A stretch of DNA of 64,000 nt from Pseudomonadota bacterium (GCA_022572885.1 JACZVC010000003.1:70223-134222), one strand, 5' to 3'; counted from the stretch's first letter, positions 1-10,791 are shown. Notes: generated from the letters alone by a model not told the origin. Made by a program: numbers and translations.

Positions 1-499
1 ACCGCATACCGCCTACCAAAAATAACGGATCGTAACCGAAGCCGTTTTCGCCCCTCGGCTGCTCGACTATCCTGCCCTCCCAGCCGGCATGGCTAATCAA
101 CGGCACCGGATCGTCCGGGCGCCGCAAAAAAACGATGACGCACTGAAACCTGGCGGTACGTTTTTCAGCAGGAATTCCGGCCAGCCGAGACAATAACAGT
201 CGGTTGTTGGCCTGGTCGTCTCGGTCATCCCCGGCATACCTCGCCGAATAGATGCCTGGCGCACCATGCAACGCGTCGACTTCCAGACCCGAGTCATCGG
301 CCAGGGCAGGCAGGCCACTATGTCTGGCTGCGTTCCTGGCCTTGAGGATCGCGTTTTCGACAAAGCTGAGCCCGGATTCCTCGACCTCAGGCACCGCAAA
401 CTCGGACTGCGGAACCACCTTGATACCCAGCGGCACGACAATTTCCATGATCTCGGCGAGTTTGCCCCGATTGCCGGTCGCCAGCACCAGTTTTGACAC
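1..499 (-). CDS. rdgB: dITP/XTP pyrophosphatase RdgB (HAM1 family), 3' end runs off the window
   Basis: My own minus-strand translation from GTG at 499-497 reads [34 protein letters not shown]...[25 protein letters not shown]...[10 protein letters not shown]. These are typical RdgB/HAM1 motifs. The gene lies directly downstream of rph. It is absent from the ORF track because it runs off the edge. Confidence 0.85.
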   Translation of the reverse strand, partial: MSKLVLATGNRGKLAEIMEIVVPLGIKVVPQSEFAVPEVEESGLSFVENAILKARNAARHSGLPALADDSGLEVDALHGAPGIYSARYAGDDRDDQANNRLLLSRLAGIPAEKRTARFQCVIVFLRRPDDPVPLISHAGWEGRIVEQPRGENGFGYDPLFLVGGMR

Positions 500-502
500 G
501 GC

Positions 503-1225
503 TCAGTCCGTCTGCCGCAAAGACTTCGTCTGCACTGACAGCACGGACTTGATGCCGTCTGCCGCCAGGTCAAGCAGCCTGTCCAGTTCGCCGCGACGAA
601 AAGCGTGGCCTTCGGCGGTGCCTTGCACCTCGATGAACGCCCCGGCTTCGTTCATCACTATATTCATATCGGTTTCGGCGTCTGAATCTTCTTCATAATC
701 CAGATCCAGTATGGGTTCGCCCCGATAAATACCCACTGAGGTCGCAGCCACCTGGCCATGCACAGGGTTGCATGAAAGATTTTCATTCTTCATCAGCCAG
801 TCAACCGCATCTACCAGCGCCAGGTACGCTCCGGAGATTGCCGTGGTGCGAGTGCCGCCATCGGCCTGCAGCACATCGCAGTCGATCGTGATCGTCCTTT
901 CGCCAATTGCGCCCAGATCCATGACCGCGCGCAATGATCGCCCGATCAACCGTTGAATTTCCAGTGTCCGGCCACTCTGTTTCCCGCGGACGGCTTCTCT
1001 GCCATTACGGGTATGCGTTGCCCTGGGCAGCAGACCATACTCAGCGGTCAGCCATCCCTTGCCCGATCCACGCAGCCAGGGCGGAATCCGGTTATCGATG
1101 CTGGCCGTGCAAAGAACTTTGGTAGCGCCGCATTCAGCCAGCACCGAACCCTCGGCGTAACATGTAAAGCTGCGGGTAAACCTGAGCTCACGCATTTCAT
1201 TGTTGGCTCGGCCACTCGGTCGCAT
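503..1225 (-). CDS. rph: ribonuclease PH
   Basis: 240 aa ORF. RNase PH signatures are present: [24 protein letters not shown], and [15 protein letters not shown]. Confidence 0.95.
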   Translation of the reverse strand: MRPSGRANNEMRELRFTRSFTCYAEGSVLAECGATKVLCTASIDNRIPPWLRGSGKGWLTAEYGLLPRATHTRNGREAVRGKQSGRTLEIQRLIGRSLRAVMDLGAIGERTITIDCDVLQADGGTRTTAISGAYLALVDAVDWLMKNENLSCNPVHGQVAATSVGIYRGEPILDLDYEEDSDAETDMNIVMNEAGAFIEVQGTAEGHAFRRGELDRLLDLAADGIKSVLSVQTKSLRQTD

Positions 1226-1249
1226 GGTTTTCCTCCTAGCCCGGTTTGC

Positions 1250-1999
1250 TCATGAATCGCCGTCCGGCCCGACTCGCAGGACCGCCACCGTGGTGTTGTC
1301 GCTCCACGGAGAACATGCATCGATAGCGGCATAGGACAAAGCTTCCAGGCAGGCCGCGAGGCTGCCTTCGTCGGGCTGGTAAAACGCCGCGATCTCTTCA
1401 TCGCTGGCCCCGCTCCATAATCCATCCGAACAAGCCAGGATAATGTCGCCGCTTTCCAGCCTGGCTGGAACCGACATACCGAGCTCGGGCAGGGCAGAAT
1501 CGCCACCCAGGCAACACTCGACAAAATTGCGTAAGGGATGGCTCAGAATCTCTTCCTCCGTTATCACGCCATCCTGCAGCAGCACTTCTACATGACTATG
1601 GTCGCGTGTGCGCGCCAACACCCGGTCATCCCGCAGATGATAAACACGGCTGTCGCCTACATGCGCCCACAAGGCGCTGTCTTGCTGGATCAAACAGATC
1701 GCACAGGTGGCCCTCGGCCGGTGTTCTGACTGCATGCTTTCGCCCAGATTAACGACGGCATCATGGGCCTTCAATATGCATCGACCCAGAAACTCTCTGC
1801 CATCTTCGATGGGAAATGATTCCTGCTCGAACTCACGGACAATGGTATCGACTGCGGTCTGCGCAGCCAGCTCTCCTTGCGCATGCCCACCCATGCCATC
1901 CACAACGACCAGCAAGGTAGCCTCGCCCGATTTCGCAATGGCTCCTCTGTCCTGGTTATCGTCCCGGTCTCCGGTCAGGCTTATTTCAACAGTCTCCAT
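1250..1999 (-). CDS. PP2C-family Ser/Thr protein phosphatase
   Basis: The ORF contains VVVDGMGGHAQGELAA and a C-terminal DNTTVAVLRV, both PP2C metal-binding motifs. I chose the METVEISL start at 1999 because it is preceded by GGGAG. The track ORF extends to 2278 and an alternative ATG lies at 2158, so the start is uncertain. Confidence 0.8.
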   Translation of the reverse strand: METVEISLTGDRDDNQDRGAIAKSGEATLLVVVDGMGGHAQGELAAQTAVDTIVREFEQESFPIEDGREFLGRCILKAHDAVVNLGESMQSEHRPRATCAICLIQQDSALWAHVGDSRVYHLRDDRVLARTRDHSHVEVLLQDGVITEEEILSHPLRNFVECCLGGDSALPELGMSVPARLESGDIILACSDGLWSGASDEEIAAFYQPDEGSLAACLEALSYAAIDACSPWSDNTTVAVLRVGPDGDS

Positions 2000-2220
2000 G
2001 GGCTCCCAACTGGATGTTCTGATCGACCGCCCGTTTGTCTCCGGACAGCCGGCGCCTTTATTCTGCTTCGCCAAGCTGGCGATTTCCTCATCTGATAAAC
2101 TTGCATCGTTTGCTGCTCCCGTTCCCGATCGGGAGAAAACTGAAAAACGATCAGGCATTGTAAACGGCTGGCCTGACAAAGGTAAGATCGGGAAATACCT
2201 GATAAAAGGAAAATCAGGCA

Positions 2221-3087
2221 ATGATACGCAGCATGACCGGCTATGCCCGGCTGGAGCGAACCACAAAATACGGAACACTGAGCTGGGAGTTGCGCTCGGT
2301 GAATCATCGTTATCTCGACCTGGGATTTCGCATGCCCGATGAGTTTCGTGGCATGGAACCGGCGTTCAGAACCCAGGTCTCGGCAGTGCTCAGGCGCGGC
2401 AAGATAGAATGCGGGCTGAGACTGACCGCCTTGGCCGGAACAACGAGCCCGTTGACCATCAATATGCAGGTACTGGACCAGTTGCTGGCCCTCACCCGCG
2501 AAATCGCGGAAAAACTGCCCGCGGCTGGCGCCCCAAATCCACTGGAGGTGTTGCGCTGGCCTGGTTTGCTCGGTGAGCCGGAAAAAAACCCTGAACCCAC
2601 GCAAAAAGCGGCAACCGAACTCCTCGGCGAGACGCTCGCCCAGCTTTCGCAAAACCGGCAGTCGGAGGGCGAGCGCATTCGGAAAATGTTGCTTACGCGG
2701 TGCCACGCCATGGACGAAATCATTCAGTTCGTGCGCGAGAAAATGCCTGATGTCATGAGTAATCTGCGTCAGCGGCTGCGTGACCGCATTGCGCAGCTTG
2801 CCGAAGAAGTGGATCATGAACGCATCGAAATAGAACTGGCGATACTCGCGCAAAAGTTTGATGTGGACGAAGAAATGGATCGGCTCAGCAGCCATTTGAC
2901 CGAGGTCCGCAGTACCATCGACCGTAGCGATCCTATTGGACGGCGCCTGGATTTCCTGATGCAGGAGCTAAACCGCGAAGCAAACACCCTGAGCTCCAAA
3001 TCGCAGGACACAGGGGTCACGCGCGCAGCCGTCGAGCTCAAGGTCTTGATCGAGCAGATGCGCGAACAAATCCAGAACATAGAATGA
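2221..3087 (+). CDS. yicC: YicC-family stress-induced protein
   Basis: 288 aa. The N-terminus MIRSMTGYAR...WELRSVNHRYLD and the C-terminal DUF1732-like LNREANTLSSK segment match YicC. Position is conserved, next to rph and gmk. Confidence 0.9.
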   Translation: MIRSMTGYARLERTTKYGTLSWELRSVNHRYLDLGFRMPDEFRGMEPAFRTQVSAVLRRGKIECGLRLTALAGTTSPLTINMQVLDQLLALTREIAEKLPAAGAPNPLEVLRWPGLLGEPEKNPEPTQKAATELLGETLAQLSQNRQSEGERIRKMLLTRCHAMDEIIQFVREKMPDVMSNLRQRLRDRIAQLAEEVDHERIEIELAILAQKFDVDEEMDRLSSHLTEVRSTIDRSDPIGRRLDFLMQELNREANTLSSKSQDTGVTRAAVELKVLIEQMREQIQNIE

Positions 3088-3719
3088 CTGCTGACGATAT
3101 CGGCCGATTGTTCGTCGTGGCGGCTCCGTCAGGCGCCGGCAAAACAAGCCTGCTGCGCGCGATATTGAAACAGGTCCCGAACGCGGTATTTTCGATTTCC
3201 TACACGACCCGGAAAAAGCGTGAACAGGAGAAGGATGACATCGATTATCGGTTCGTTTCCCACAGTGAGTTTCAGCAGATGATCAACGACGGTTGTTTCC
3301 TGGAGCACGCCAGAGTTTTCGACCACTACTATGGAACGGCCAGCAAGGAGGTAGATTCGCTGCGCCGCCGGCAACTCGACGTGATACTCGAAATTGACTG
3401 GCAGGGCGCAAGACAGGTCAGGGAAAAAATACCTGACAGTGCGAGTATTTTTATACTCCCGCCAACTCGCCAGGCCCTGCAATCCCGCTTGCGAGGCCGC
3501 AGCACGGACAGCGATGAGGTGATCAAAAGGCGACTGGCCGATTCTGTTGCAGACATGGGCCATTGGGATGAATTCGATTACATTGTTATTAATGACGATT
3601 TCGATACCGGGGTAAACGACCTCCGGGAAATAATCACGGGAAATGGCGACCGGTATCGCCAAAACCGTCCGCAATTCAAAGCGCTGATCGACCGATTGCT
3701 GGAACCCGATGTGGCTTAA
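3084..3719 (+). CDS. gmk: guanylate kinase
   Basis: 211 aa with P-loop APSGAGKTSL and TTRKKREQE. The start overlaps the yicC stop as ATGA. Confidence 0.95.
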   Translation: MTADDIGRLFVVAAPSGAGKTSLLRAILKQVPNAVFSISYTTRKKREQEKDDIDYRFVSHSEFQQMINDGCFLEHARVFDHYYGTASKEVDSLRRRQLDVILEIDWQGARQVREKIPDSASIFILPPTRQALQSRLRGRSTDSDEVIKRRLADSVADMGHWDEFDYIVINDDFDTGVNDLREIITGNGDRYRQNRPQFKALIDRLLEPDVA

Positions 3720-3731
3720 GTGTATGAATTG

Positions 3732-3787
3732 GCCAGCCCGCGTATTTCACCAAGGGAGTAAACGCCGGGTGAAATACGCGGGCTGGC
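3732..3787. repeat. REP-like perfect palindrome (20-bp arms, 16-nt loop), copy 1 of a repeat family
   Basis: GCCAGCCCGCGTATTTCACC (3732-3751) is the exact reverse complement of GGTGAAATACGCGGGCTGGC (3768-3787). The core CCCGC(A/G)TATTTCACCAAGG recurs at 23814-23834 and 58883-58901. Confidence 0.8.
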
Positions 3788-3856
3788 GCAACCTTGTCGT
3801 TTTCTAGTACACTGAAAGGCCGCTTTATAGCAACCTAACGTGTTTAGAGGACCCTG

Positions 3857-4132
3857 ATGGCAAGGATTACGGTTGAGGATTGTCTGAAAAATGTAGACAA
3901 CATATTTGATCTGGTATTGATTGCATCCGCCAGAGCCAGGCGGCTGGCCAATGGCGCGGAAGCTTCCCTGGAATGGGAAAACGACAAGCCCACAGTGATG
4001 GCTCTGCGAGAAATCGCGGCTGGTCACGTAGGCCCCGAAATCCTGGATGAGTTGGATCAGCAAGATGAAGATCTGCTCGCGGAAATTACCGCCGATGAAT
4101 CTGCCCCGCCCCCGACCATCATGGGGACCTGA
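3857..4132 (+). CDS. rpoZ: DNA-directed RNA polymerase subunit omega
   Basis: 91 aa starting [30 protein letters not shown]. Conserved gmk-rpoZ-spoT order. Confidence 0.95.
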   Translation: MARITVEDCLKNVDNIFDLVLIASARARRLANGAEASLEWENDKPTVMALREIAAGHVGPEILDELDQQDEDLLAEITADESAPPPTIMGT

Positions 4133-4154
4133 AGCCGAGCGTTAAGTTGGCAAC

Positions 4155-6305
4155 ATGGATTACGCCGCTTCTATTCTTGGCCGACTACCCAAGGGGAAGC
4201 GTGCGACAGGGGTTAATCAACTCCTGACCAAGCTCGAGGCCTATATGAGCCCCGCGGCTATCGACAACATCATGGTGGCGTATCGCTTTGGCGCTTCTGC
4301 TCACAAAGGGCAGAAGCGCGCGTCCGGCGCTCCCTATATCAGTCACCCGGTCGCGGTTGCCACGATACTCGCAGAGCAGCGCATGGACGCGCAGACGATA
4401 ATCGCTGCGATTTTGCATGACGTTATCGAAGACACTTCCACGGAAAAGGATCAGCTCGAGGAGCAGTTTGGCAAGGAGGTCGCCGACCTGGTCGATGGGG
4501 TCAGCAAACTGGACCAGCTTCAGTTCCACAACCGGCAACAAGCCCAGGCCGAAAGTTTCCGAAAAATGCTGCTGGCGATGGCCGAGGATATTCGGGTCAT
4601 CATGATCAAGCTGGCGGATCGAACTCATAACATGCGTACGCTGGGCTCCATGCCGCCGTTGAAGCGGCGGCGAATTGCCCGGGAAACCCTCGATATCTAC
4701 GCGCCGATCGCCAACCGCCTGGGCATCAACAGCATCAGGCTGGAACTCGAGGATCTCGGCTTTCGCAGCCTCTATCCTTATCGCTACCGCGTCATCGAGA
4801 AAACGCTCAAAAAAGCGCTGAGCAACCACAAACAACTGGTCAAGAAAATATCGCAGCGCTTATCGGATGCGCTGGACGAGCTGAAAATAACCGCCGATGT
4901 CGGCGGCCGCGAAAAACATATGTACAGCATCTATCGCAAGATGCGGCACAAGGGACGGCCGCTGAGTGAAATTGTCGACATGTTCGGATTCAGAATCATT
5001 GTGGACGATGTCGATACTTGCTACCGGGTCCTCGGGATGGTGCATCGGCTGTATAAGCCCATGCCAGGTCGTTTCAAGGACTACATCGCGATCCCTCGAA
5101 TCAACGGATATCAGTCCCTGCACACGACCCTGTTCGGCCCGGACGGCATCCCGCTGGAAGTCCAGATTCGAACCATAGACATGGATCGGGTGGCTGAATC
5201 GGGGATCGCCGCTCACTGGCTATACAAATCAGACGACTCCGGCAACGAACCCGCAAATGCGAGTACCCGTGAGTGGCTGGCAAGACTGGTGGAGCTCGAA
5301 CACGACGCCGATTCCGAAGAGTTTCTCGAAAACGTCAGGGTCGATCTGTTCCCCGACAAGGTTTACGTCTTTACGCCGCGTGGCGATATCATGCGCCTGC
5401 CGATGGGTTCTACGGCTGTCGATTTTGCCTACACCGTGCATACCGATGTCGGTAACCGCTGCGTGGCCGCCAAGGTCGACCGGCGTATGGTGCCGTTGCG
5501 CACGCCACTGTTGAATGGTCAGACGGTCGAAATTATCACCGCCAAGGGTGCCCGGCCAAACCCGGCCTGGGTCAACTTCGTTGCGACCGCAAAAGCGCGA
5601 AGTGCGATCCGCCAATATTTGAAAAATCTGAAACGCGGTGAAGCGATTGACCTGGGCAAGCGTCTGCTGAGCCATGCCATGGGCGAGTTCAACAAGAAAA
5701 TTCGCAATGCATCTACCCGCGAAATGAAGGTGTTGCTCGGGGAATTGAACCTGCCTGACCAAAAGTCCTTGTACGAGGAAATCGGCCTCGGCAAGCACCT
5801 GGCGCCACTCATTGCCAGGCGGCTGGTCGGTCAGGCGAACGGAACCGCGAAAAAAGACCCCGCTCCGCTGGCCATTGAAGGCACCGAGGGCGTGGTGGTC
5901 AGTTACGCGCGGTGCTGCTACCCGGTTCCGGGCGATTCGATTATCGGCTTTCTCAGTTCGGGAAAGGGTATCGTCATCCATCGCGACACCTGCGGCAACC
6001 TGACCGAATACCGGAAACAGCCAGACAAGTGGATCTCGGTAAACTGGAAAGAAAATGTGCAGCGCCAGTCGATGGTCGAACTGCGCGCTGATGTGAACAA
6101 CAAGACCGGTGTCCTGGCAGCGGTCGCAGCGAATATCTCGGAAACTCACAGTAATATAGACTCGGTATCGGTTGTCGAAAGGGATGAAGACACCGTTACC
6201 TTGATTTTTCATTTGCAGGTACGCGACCGCGTGCAACTGGCCCAGGTAATGCGCAGCATCCGGAGCATGCCAGATGTGCTCAGCGTCAGCCGCAGCTGCG
6301 CTTAA
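4155..6305 (+). CDS. spoT: bifunctional (p)ppGpp synthetase/hydrolase SpoT/RelA-family (HD domain intact)
   Basis: 716 aa. The HD hydrolase motif ([11 protein letters not shown]...HDVIEDT), the RelA/SpoT synthetase domain, and the TGS and ACT-like C-terminal regions are present. Located downstream of rpoZ. Confidence 0.9.
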   Translation: MDYAASILGRLPKGKRATGVNQLLTKLEAYMSPAAIDNIMVAYRFGASAHKGQKRASGAPYISHPVAVATILAEQRMDAQTIIAAILHDVIEDTSTEKDQLEEQFGKEVADLVDGVSKLDQLQFHNRQQAQAESFRKMLLAMAEDIRVIMIKLADRTHNMRTLGSMPPLKRRRIARETLDIYAPIANRLGINSIRLELEDLGFRSLYPYRYRVIEKTLKKALSNHKQLVKKISQRLSDALDELKITADVGGREKHMYSIYRKMRHKGRPLSEIVDMFGFRIIVDDVDTCYRVLGMVHRLYKPMPGRFKDYIAIPRINGYQSLHTTLFGPDGIPLEVQIRTIDMDRVAESGIAAHWLYKSDDSGNEPANASTREWLARLVELEHDADSEEFLENVRVDLFPDKVYVFTPRGDIMRLPMGSTAVDFAYTVHTDVGNRCVAAKVDRRMVPLRTPLLNGQTVEIITAKGARPNPAWVNFVATAKARSAIRQYLKNLKRGEAIDLGKRLLSHAMGEFNKKIRNASTREMKVLLGELNLPDQKSLYEEIGLGKHLAPLIARRLVGQANGTAKKDPAPLAIEGTEGVVVSYARCCYPVPGDSIIGFLSSGKGIVIHRDTCGNLTEYRKQPDKWISVNWKENVQRQSMVELRADVNNKTGVLAAVAANISETHSNIDSVSVVERDEDTVTLIFHLQVRDRVQLAQVMRSIRSMPDVLSVSRSCA

Positions 6306-6351
6306 GACCCCATCGCCGGGTGGCCGGCTCATGCCAATACAAGGAAGACGC

Positions 6352-6732
6352 ATGGAACGCAAATCAATCAGTACGGCCAATGCGCCGGCAGCAATAGGCA
6401 CCTACTCCCAGGCCATACTCAGCGGTAACACGGTTTACCTGTCCGGGCAGGTACCCCTGGTGCCGGAAACCATGCAAATGCTGGACGGCGATATCGAGGC
6501 ATCCATTCACCAGGTATTCAAGAACCTCAAAGCCGTCTGTGAGGCTGCCGGGGGCTCGCTGGACGATATCGTGAAACTGAATGTGTTTCTGACCGATCTT
6601 GGCTGCTTTGACAGCGTCAACAAGATCATGGCCATCTATTTCAGCGAACCGTACCCGGCCCGCGCCGCCATCGGCGTTGCCGCATTGCCCAAAGGTGCGG
6701 AAGTCGAAATGGACGCCATCCTGGTACTGTGA
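6352..6732 (+). CDS. ridA: RidA/YjgF-family reactive intermediate deaminase
   Basis: [31 protein letters not shown] is the classic RidA N-terminus. ATG at 6352 is preceded by AAGGAAG. The longer track ORF starting at 6274 overlaps spoT. Confidence 0.85.
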   Translation: MERKSISTANAPAAIGTYSQAILSGNTVYLSGQVPLVPETMQMLDGDIEASIHQVFKNLKAVCEAAGGSLDDIVKLNVFLTDLGCFDSVNKIMAIYFSEPYPARAAIGVAALPKGAEVEMDAILVL

Positions 6733-6744
6733 ACCACAGGGAAC

Positions 6745-8826
6745 GTGGCCAATAAACCCATCGAACTGGGATCCGTGCAACAGCTGCATGGTGTCGGCCC
6801 GCATCTCGCCGCCCGTTTGCAAAAACTGGGTATCCAAAGGGTGCAGGATTTGCTGTTCCTGCTGCCGCTGCGCTATGAGGATCGCACGAAAATTATTCCC
6901 ATCGGCGGTTTGCGCCCCGGTCAGCGCGCCGTCGTGGAAGGTGAAATTCAGCTAACCGAGGTCGTCTATCGCGGCCGCAGAAACCTGCTTTGCCGAATCA
7001 GCGATGGCACCGGCGGCCTGACCCTTCGGTTTTTCCACTTTTCGAAAGCCCAGCAAGACGGCCTCGCCCGTGGCAAGCGCATTCGCTGTTTTGGCGAGAC
7101 CCGGCCAGGCACCGGCGGGCTGCAGATGATACACCCCGAATATCGCCTCCTCGGAGACACCGATTTGGCGACCGATGACACGCTGACCCCGATTTATCCG
7201 ACCACCGAAGGGCTGGGGCAGGGCAGGCTGAGAAAGCTGAGCAGGCAGGCGCTGGGCCTGGTTGCCGCCGCCGGACTCGAGGAATGGCTGCCCGAGAGAA
7301 TCCTGGAGGCCATGAAATTTCCCGGTTTGCTGGCGGCGCTAACCGTACTCCATCAGCCACCGGCCGATACCGATTTGCAGGCGATACAGGAGGGGAGGCA
7401 TCCGGCGCAGCGGAGAATGGCGTTTGAAGAATTGCTGGCTCAACACCTGAGCCTGCGAAGGTTGCGCCAGAAAATCCGCAGCGAACCGGCAGCAGCGCTG
7501 GTGGACCCGGGGACGGCAGTTGCCGATTTCATTGCCTCCTTATCCTATACACTCACCGGCGCGCAGCAACGGGTAATTGCGGAACTGCTCGAAGACCTGG
7601 CAAAAGAAAAACCGATGATGCGCCTGGTGCAGGGCGATGTCGGGTCTGGGAAAACGGTGGTTGCGGCAGTGGCGACCGTCTGTGCCGCTGCCTGTGGCAG
7701 GCAGTCCGCGGTCATGGCGCCAACCGAATTGCTCGCCGAACAGCACGCCGAAAACTTCCGCCAGTGGCTCGAACCAATGGGACTGGAAACCGCGCTCCTG
7801 ACCGGCAGGATCAAGGGCAAAGCACGGCAACGATTGCTGACAAGAATAGCGGACGGCCAGGTGCGAATCGTCGTGGGCACCCACGCCCTGTTTCAGGAAA
7901 GCGTCGCCTTCGATCGCCTTGCGCTGATCGTTGTCGATGAACAGCATCGCTTCGGCGTACATCAAAGACTGGCGCTAAGGGAAAAAGGCGACCGCCAGGG
8001 CCACTGCCCGCACCAGCTGATCATGACCGCCACACCCATACCCAGAACCCTGGCGATGACAGCCTATGCAGATCTCGATGTATCGGTGATCGACGAATTA
8101 CCGCCCGGGCGCAGACCGGTGACCACGGTCGCCATGCCCGAGTCGAGGCGGCATGAGTTGGTGAGCAGTATCCGTGACGCGTGCCTGGCCGGCCGCCAGG
8201 CATATTGGGTATGTCCCTTGATAGAGGAATCCGCTGTGCTGGATTACGAAGCGGCAGAGAAAACGGCGGCCATGCTGGCGGAAGCGTTGCCAGAATTGTC
8301 GCTTGGCCTGGTTCATGGGCGCATGAAATCGAAGGACAAGCATCGCGTGATGCAGGCTTTCAAAAAAGGCGAGATCCACCTGTTGGTTGCGACGACGGTC
8401 ATCGAAGTCGGAGTCGATGTCCCGAACGCCAGCCTGATGATTATCGAAAATGCGGAGCGCATGGGGCTGGCGCAACTGCATCAGTTGCGCGGCAGGGTCG
8501 GTCGGGGCAGCGAGCAAAGCAGTTGCTTGCTGCTGTACAAGCCTCCGCTGACCGCGTTGGCAAAACAGCGCCTTGCGGTACTTCGGGAAACCAGTGACGG
8601 GTTCAAAGTCGCCCAGGCCGATCTCGACCTGCGCGGGCCCGGTGAATTGCTGGGCACCCGACAGACCGGGTTGATGCAGATGCGCATCGCCGACCTGATG
8701 CGCGATGCCGACCTGTTGCCCGAGGTACACAAGACCGCGACTTTCATGCTGAAGGAGCGGCCGGATGCGGTCGATGGTCTGATTCGACGCTGGGTTGGCG
8801 AAGCCGATCGCTTCGGCAAGGTCTGA
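6745..8826 (+). CDS. recG: ATP-dependent DNA helicase RecG
   Basis: 693 aa with a GTG start. Contains Walker A GDVGSGKT, a DEQH box, and QLHQLRGRVGRG. Confidence 0.95.
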   Translation: MANKPIELGSVQQLHGVGPHLAARLQKLGIQRVQDLLFLLPLRYEDRTKIIPIGGLRPGQRAVVEGEIQLTEVVYRGRRNLLCRISDGTGGLTLRFFHFSKAQQDGLARGKRIRCFGETRPGTGGLQMIHPEYRLLGDTDLATDDTLTPIYPTTEGLGQGRLRKLSRQALGLVAAAGLEEWLPERILEAMKFPGLLAALTVLHQPPADTDLQAIQEGRHPAQRRMAFEELLAQHLSLRRLRQKIRSEPAAALVDPGTAVADFIASLSYTLTGAQQRVIAELLEDLAKEKPMMRLVQGDVGSGKTVVAAVATVCAAACGRQSAVMAPTELLAEQHAENFRQWLEPMGLETALLTGRIKGKARQRLLTRIADGQVRIVVGTHALFQESVAFDRLALIVVDEQHRFGVHQRLALREKGDRQGHCPHQLIMTATPIPRTLAMTAYADLDVSVIDELPPGRRPVTTVAMPESRRHELVSSIRDACLAGRQAYWVCPLIEESAVLDYEAAEKTAAMLAEALPELSLGLVHGRMKSKDKHRVMQAFKKGEIHLLVATTVIEVGVDVPNASLMIIENAERMGLAQLHQLRGRVGRGSEQSSCLLLYKPPLTALAKQRLAVLRETSDGFKVAQADLDLRGPGELLGTRQTGLMQMRIADLMRDADLLPEVHKTATFMLKERPDAVDGLIRRWVGEADRFGKV

Positions 8827-8912
8827 AACCACAACGGCTAATGGGAAAGACGGTATGCTCGGCAAGGCCGCACGCCTTACAATGCGGAACCGGCGGGCGA
8901 AACGGATAAACA

Positions 8913-9479
8913 GTGGACAAGGATCTGGCAAGCAAAATCTCGGTACCGGATTACGAAGCCTCACAGTGGTTGCTGGCCGGGGAATTTCCCATGGACCAGG
9001 TGCCGGCGGGACTGCGGCGCTGGCTTGATTCCGGCGGCATGCTGACGCGGCGGCTGAAAAAATGTTGCGGGCCGGGTTTTCGCCTGCGCTTGCTCGAGCA
9101 AAGGCCGGCAACGACAAACGAGCTAAACGGCGGCGGCCTGTGCCGAGAGGTTTCGCTCGAGTGCGGACCATTGCGCACGATTTTCGCCCGCAGCCTGATT
9201 CCCTCGCTCACCTTGACGGCTCATCCCTGGCTGGCGGAACTTGCGGAGAATCCCCTGGGCGAGACGCTGGCGGAAAAACCCAACATGAAACGCAGCGGAT
9301 TCAGTTTCGCGATCGTCAGTCCGGGTCAGCCGTTGTATGCGGCCGCGTTGCCACCGGGTGCGGAAACCCCACCGGTCTTGTATACGCGGCGCTCCGAATT
9401 TCGCCTGGACCACCAACCGCTATGGGTGTGTGAAGTGTTCCTGCCGACAATCTGCCTTTGCCAGGAAAGCCGCGGCTGA
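8913..9479 (+). CDS. ubiC: chorismate pyruvate-lyase
   Basis: 188 aa. The stop overlaps the ubiA start, and the GGMLTRRL...REV.L....P...ARSLIP pattern is consistent with UbiC. Confidence 0.75.
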   Translation: MDKDLASKISVPDYEASQWLLAGEFPMDQVPAGLRRWLDSGGMLTRRLKKCCGPGFRLRLLEQRPATTNELNGGGLCREVSLECGPLRTIFARSLIPSLTLTAHPWLAELAENPLGETLAEKPNMKRSGFSFAIVSPGQPLYAAALPPGAETPPVLYTRRSEFRLDHQPLWVCEVFLPTICLCQESRG

Positions 9480-10387
9480 TGGGTACCCCGCTGACGAGGC
9501 TCAAGCAGATCCAGTGGCGGTGGTGGCTGGCCCAGCTCAGGGAGTACGCATTGTTGATGCGCCTCGACAAGCCCATCGGCACCTTGCTTTTGTTGTGGCC
9601 CGCCTTGTGGGCGTTATGGCTCGCAGGTCAGGGGCGACCCGATCCAAGGATTTTCGTTATTTTCGTAGGCGGTGTTTTCCTGATGCGCTCGGCAGGTTGC
9701 GTCATCAATGATTTTGCAGACCGAAAAGTGGACCCGCATGTTGCGAGGACCAAGAACCGTCCTCTGGCGGCGGGCCGGGTCAGCCCGCAGGAAGCGCTGA
9801 TGCTCGCGGGCGGCCTCGCACTGGTGGCGCTCGGCCTGGTGCTGATGCTCGACCAGCAGGCATGGATGTGGGCAGTGCCGGCCGCGGCCATTGCCGGCGC
9901 CTATCCGTTCCTGAAGCGCTATACGAATTTTCCGCAATTTTATCTCGGGATCGCTTTTTCGTGGAGCATACCGATGGCGTACGCCGCCCAGACCGGCGGG
10001 GTAACGCGGATCACCTGGTTGCTGTTTATCGCCAACCTGTCCTGGGTCGTCGCATACGATACGCAATACGCGATGGTCGACAAGAAAGACGACCTGCGCA
10101 TCGGCGTCAAATCGACGGCGATTGCTTTTGGCGATCTCGACCGGCTCTGGATCGGCGTATTCCAGGGCTTGTGCCTGCTGACTTTGTACCTGGTTGGCAA
10201 CAGCACAGACCTGGGAGGCTGGTTCAATCTTGGTCTCGTTGCCGCCGGGCTGATGTTCGGATGGCAACAATACCTGACCCGGCATCGCGAGCCGGACGCC
10301 TGTTTCCAGGCATTTCTACACAACCGTTATGTCGGCGCCTCGGTGTTTGGCGGTCTCATCCTGCATTACACCTTCATCCCCGTCTAG
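9479..10387 (+). CDS. ubiA: 4-hydroxybenzoate polyprenyltransferase
   Basis: UbiA prenyltransferase motifs are present (GCVINDFADRKVDPHVARTKNRPLAAG and DTQYAMVDKKDD). ATG at 9479 overlaps the ubiC TGA. The track ORF begins 21 nt earlier. Confidence 0.9.
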   Translation: MGTPLTRLKQIQWRWWLAQLREYALLMRLDKPIGTLLLLWPALWALWLAGQGRPDPRIFVIFVGGVFLMRSAGCVINDFADRKVDPHVARTKNRPLAAGRVSPQEALMLAGGLALVALGLVLMLDQQAWMWAVPAAAIAGAYPFLKRYTNFPQFYLGIAFSWSIPMAYAAQTGGVTRITWLLFIANLSWVVAYDTQYAMVDKKDDLRIGVKSTAIAFGDLDRLWIGVFQGLCLLTLYLVGNSTDLGGWFNLGLVAAGLMFGWQQYLTRHREPDACFQAFLHNRYVGASVFGGLILHYTFIPV

Positions 10388-10453
10388 CCTGCTTTTTATA
10401 ACCGGGTCCCTCGTGGATCCAGACATCGGAGTGACCTTGTTTTTATGGGTTCC

Positions 10454-10744
10454 TTAGCCCCGGGATTTTTTTATCGCGGCGCGGGCTTCGCTGGCCAATT
10501 CATAACAGCGCTCGTGCTTATCGGCCAGTTGCATGGCTTTTGCCGCGGTCAGCAAGCCGACCGCCTTGGCAAGGCTGATCGTGCCATCGACACCGGCCGC
10601 CTCCGCCAGGTCCAGTTCCGCCCAGCCGCGGGACAGCTCGTCGGGGCAGGTCTCGGTGAACGGCCTGGACCCGGCGCAGCCAGCCAGGAGACCGCAACAC
10701 AGCAGTGCAAGACTGTTATTTTTACTCAGCATCGAAAATCTCAC
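10454..10744 (-). CDS. small lipoprotein, function unknown
   Basis: 96 aa with the lipobox LLAGC near the N-terminus. No recognisable domain. Confidence 0.5.
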   Translation of the reverse strand: MRFSMLSKNNSLALLCCGLLAGCAGSRPFTETCPDELSRGWAELDLAEAAGVDGTISLAKAVGLLTAAKAMQLADKHERCYELASEARAAIKKSRG

Positions 10745-10791
10745 TTAAGGGCGGGGGAAATGGGGCGATCATTATTACTCTATTTTCGAAC

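Noticed and set aside
1981-2895. 304-aa ORF on the minus strand
   Set aside because: It is antisense to yicC, with no motifs and shadow-frame composition.
5229-6401. 390-aa ORF on the minus strand
   Set aside because: It lies entirely antisense to spoT, which has strong domain signatures. It is a shadow ORF.
8098-9171. 357-aa ORF on the minus strand
   Set aside because: It is antisense to the well-supported recG 3' end and to ubiC. Its composition is Arg/Ala/Pro-rich, as expected of shadow frames in GC-rich DNA, and it has no recognisable motifs.
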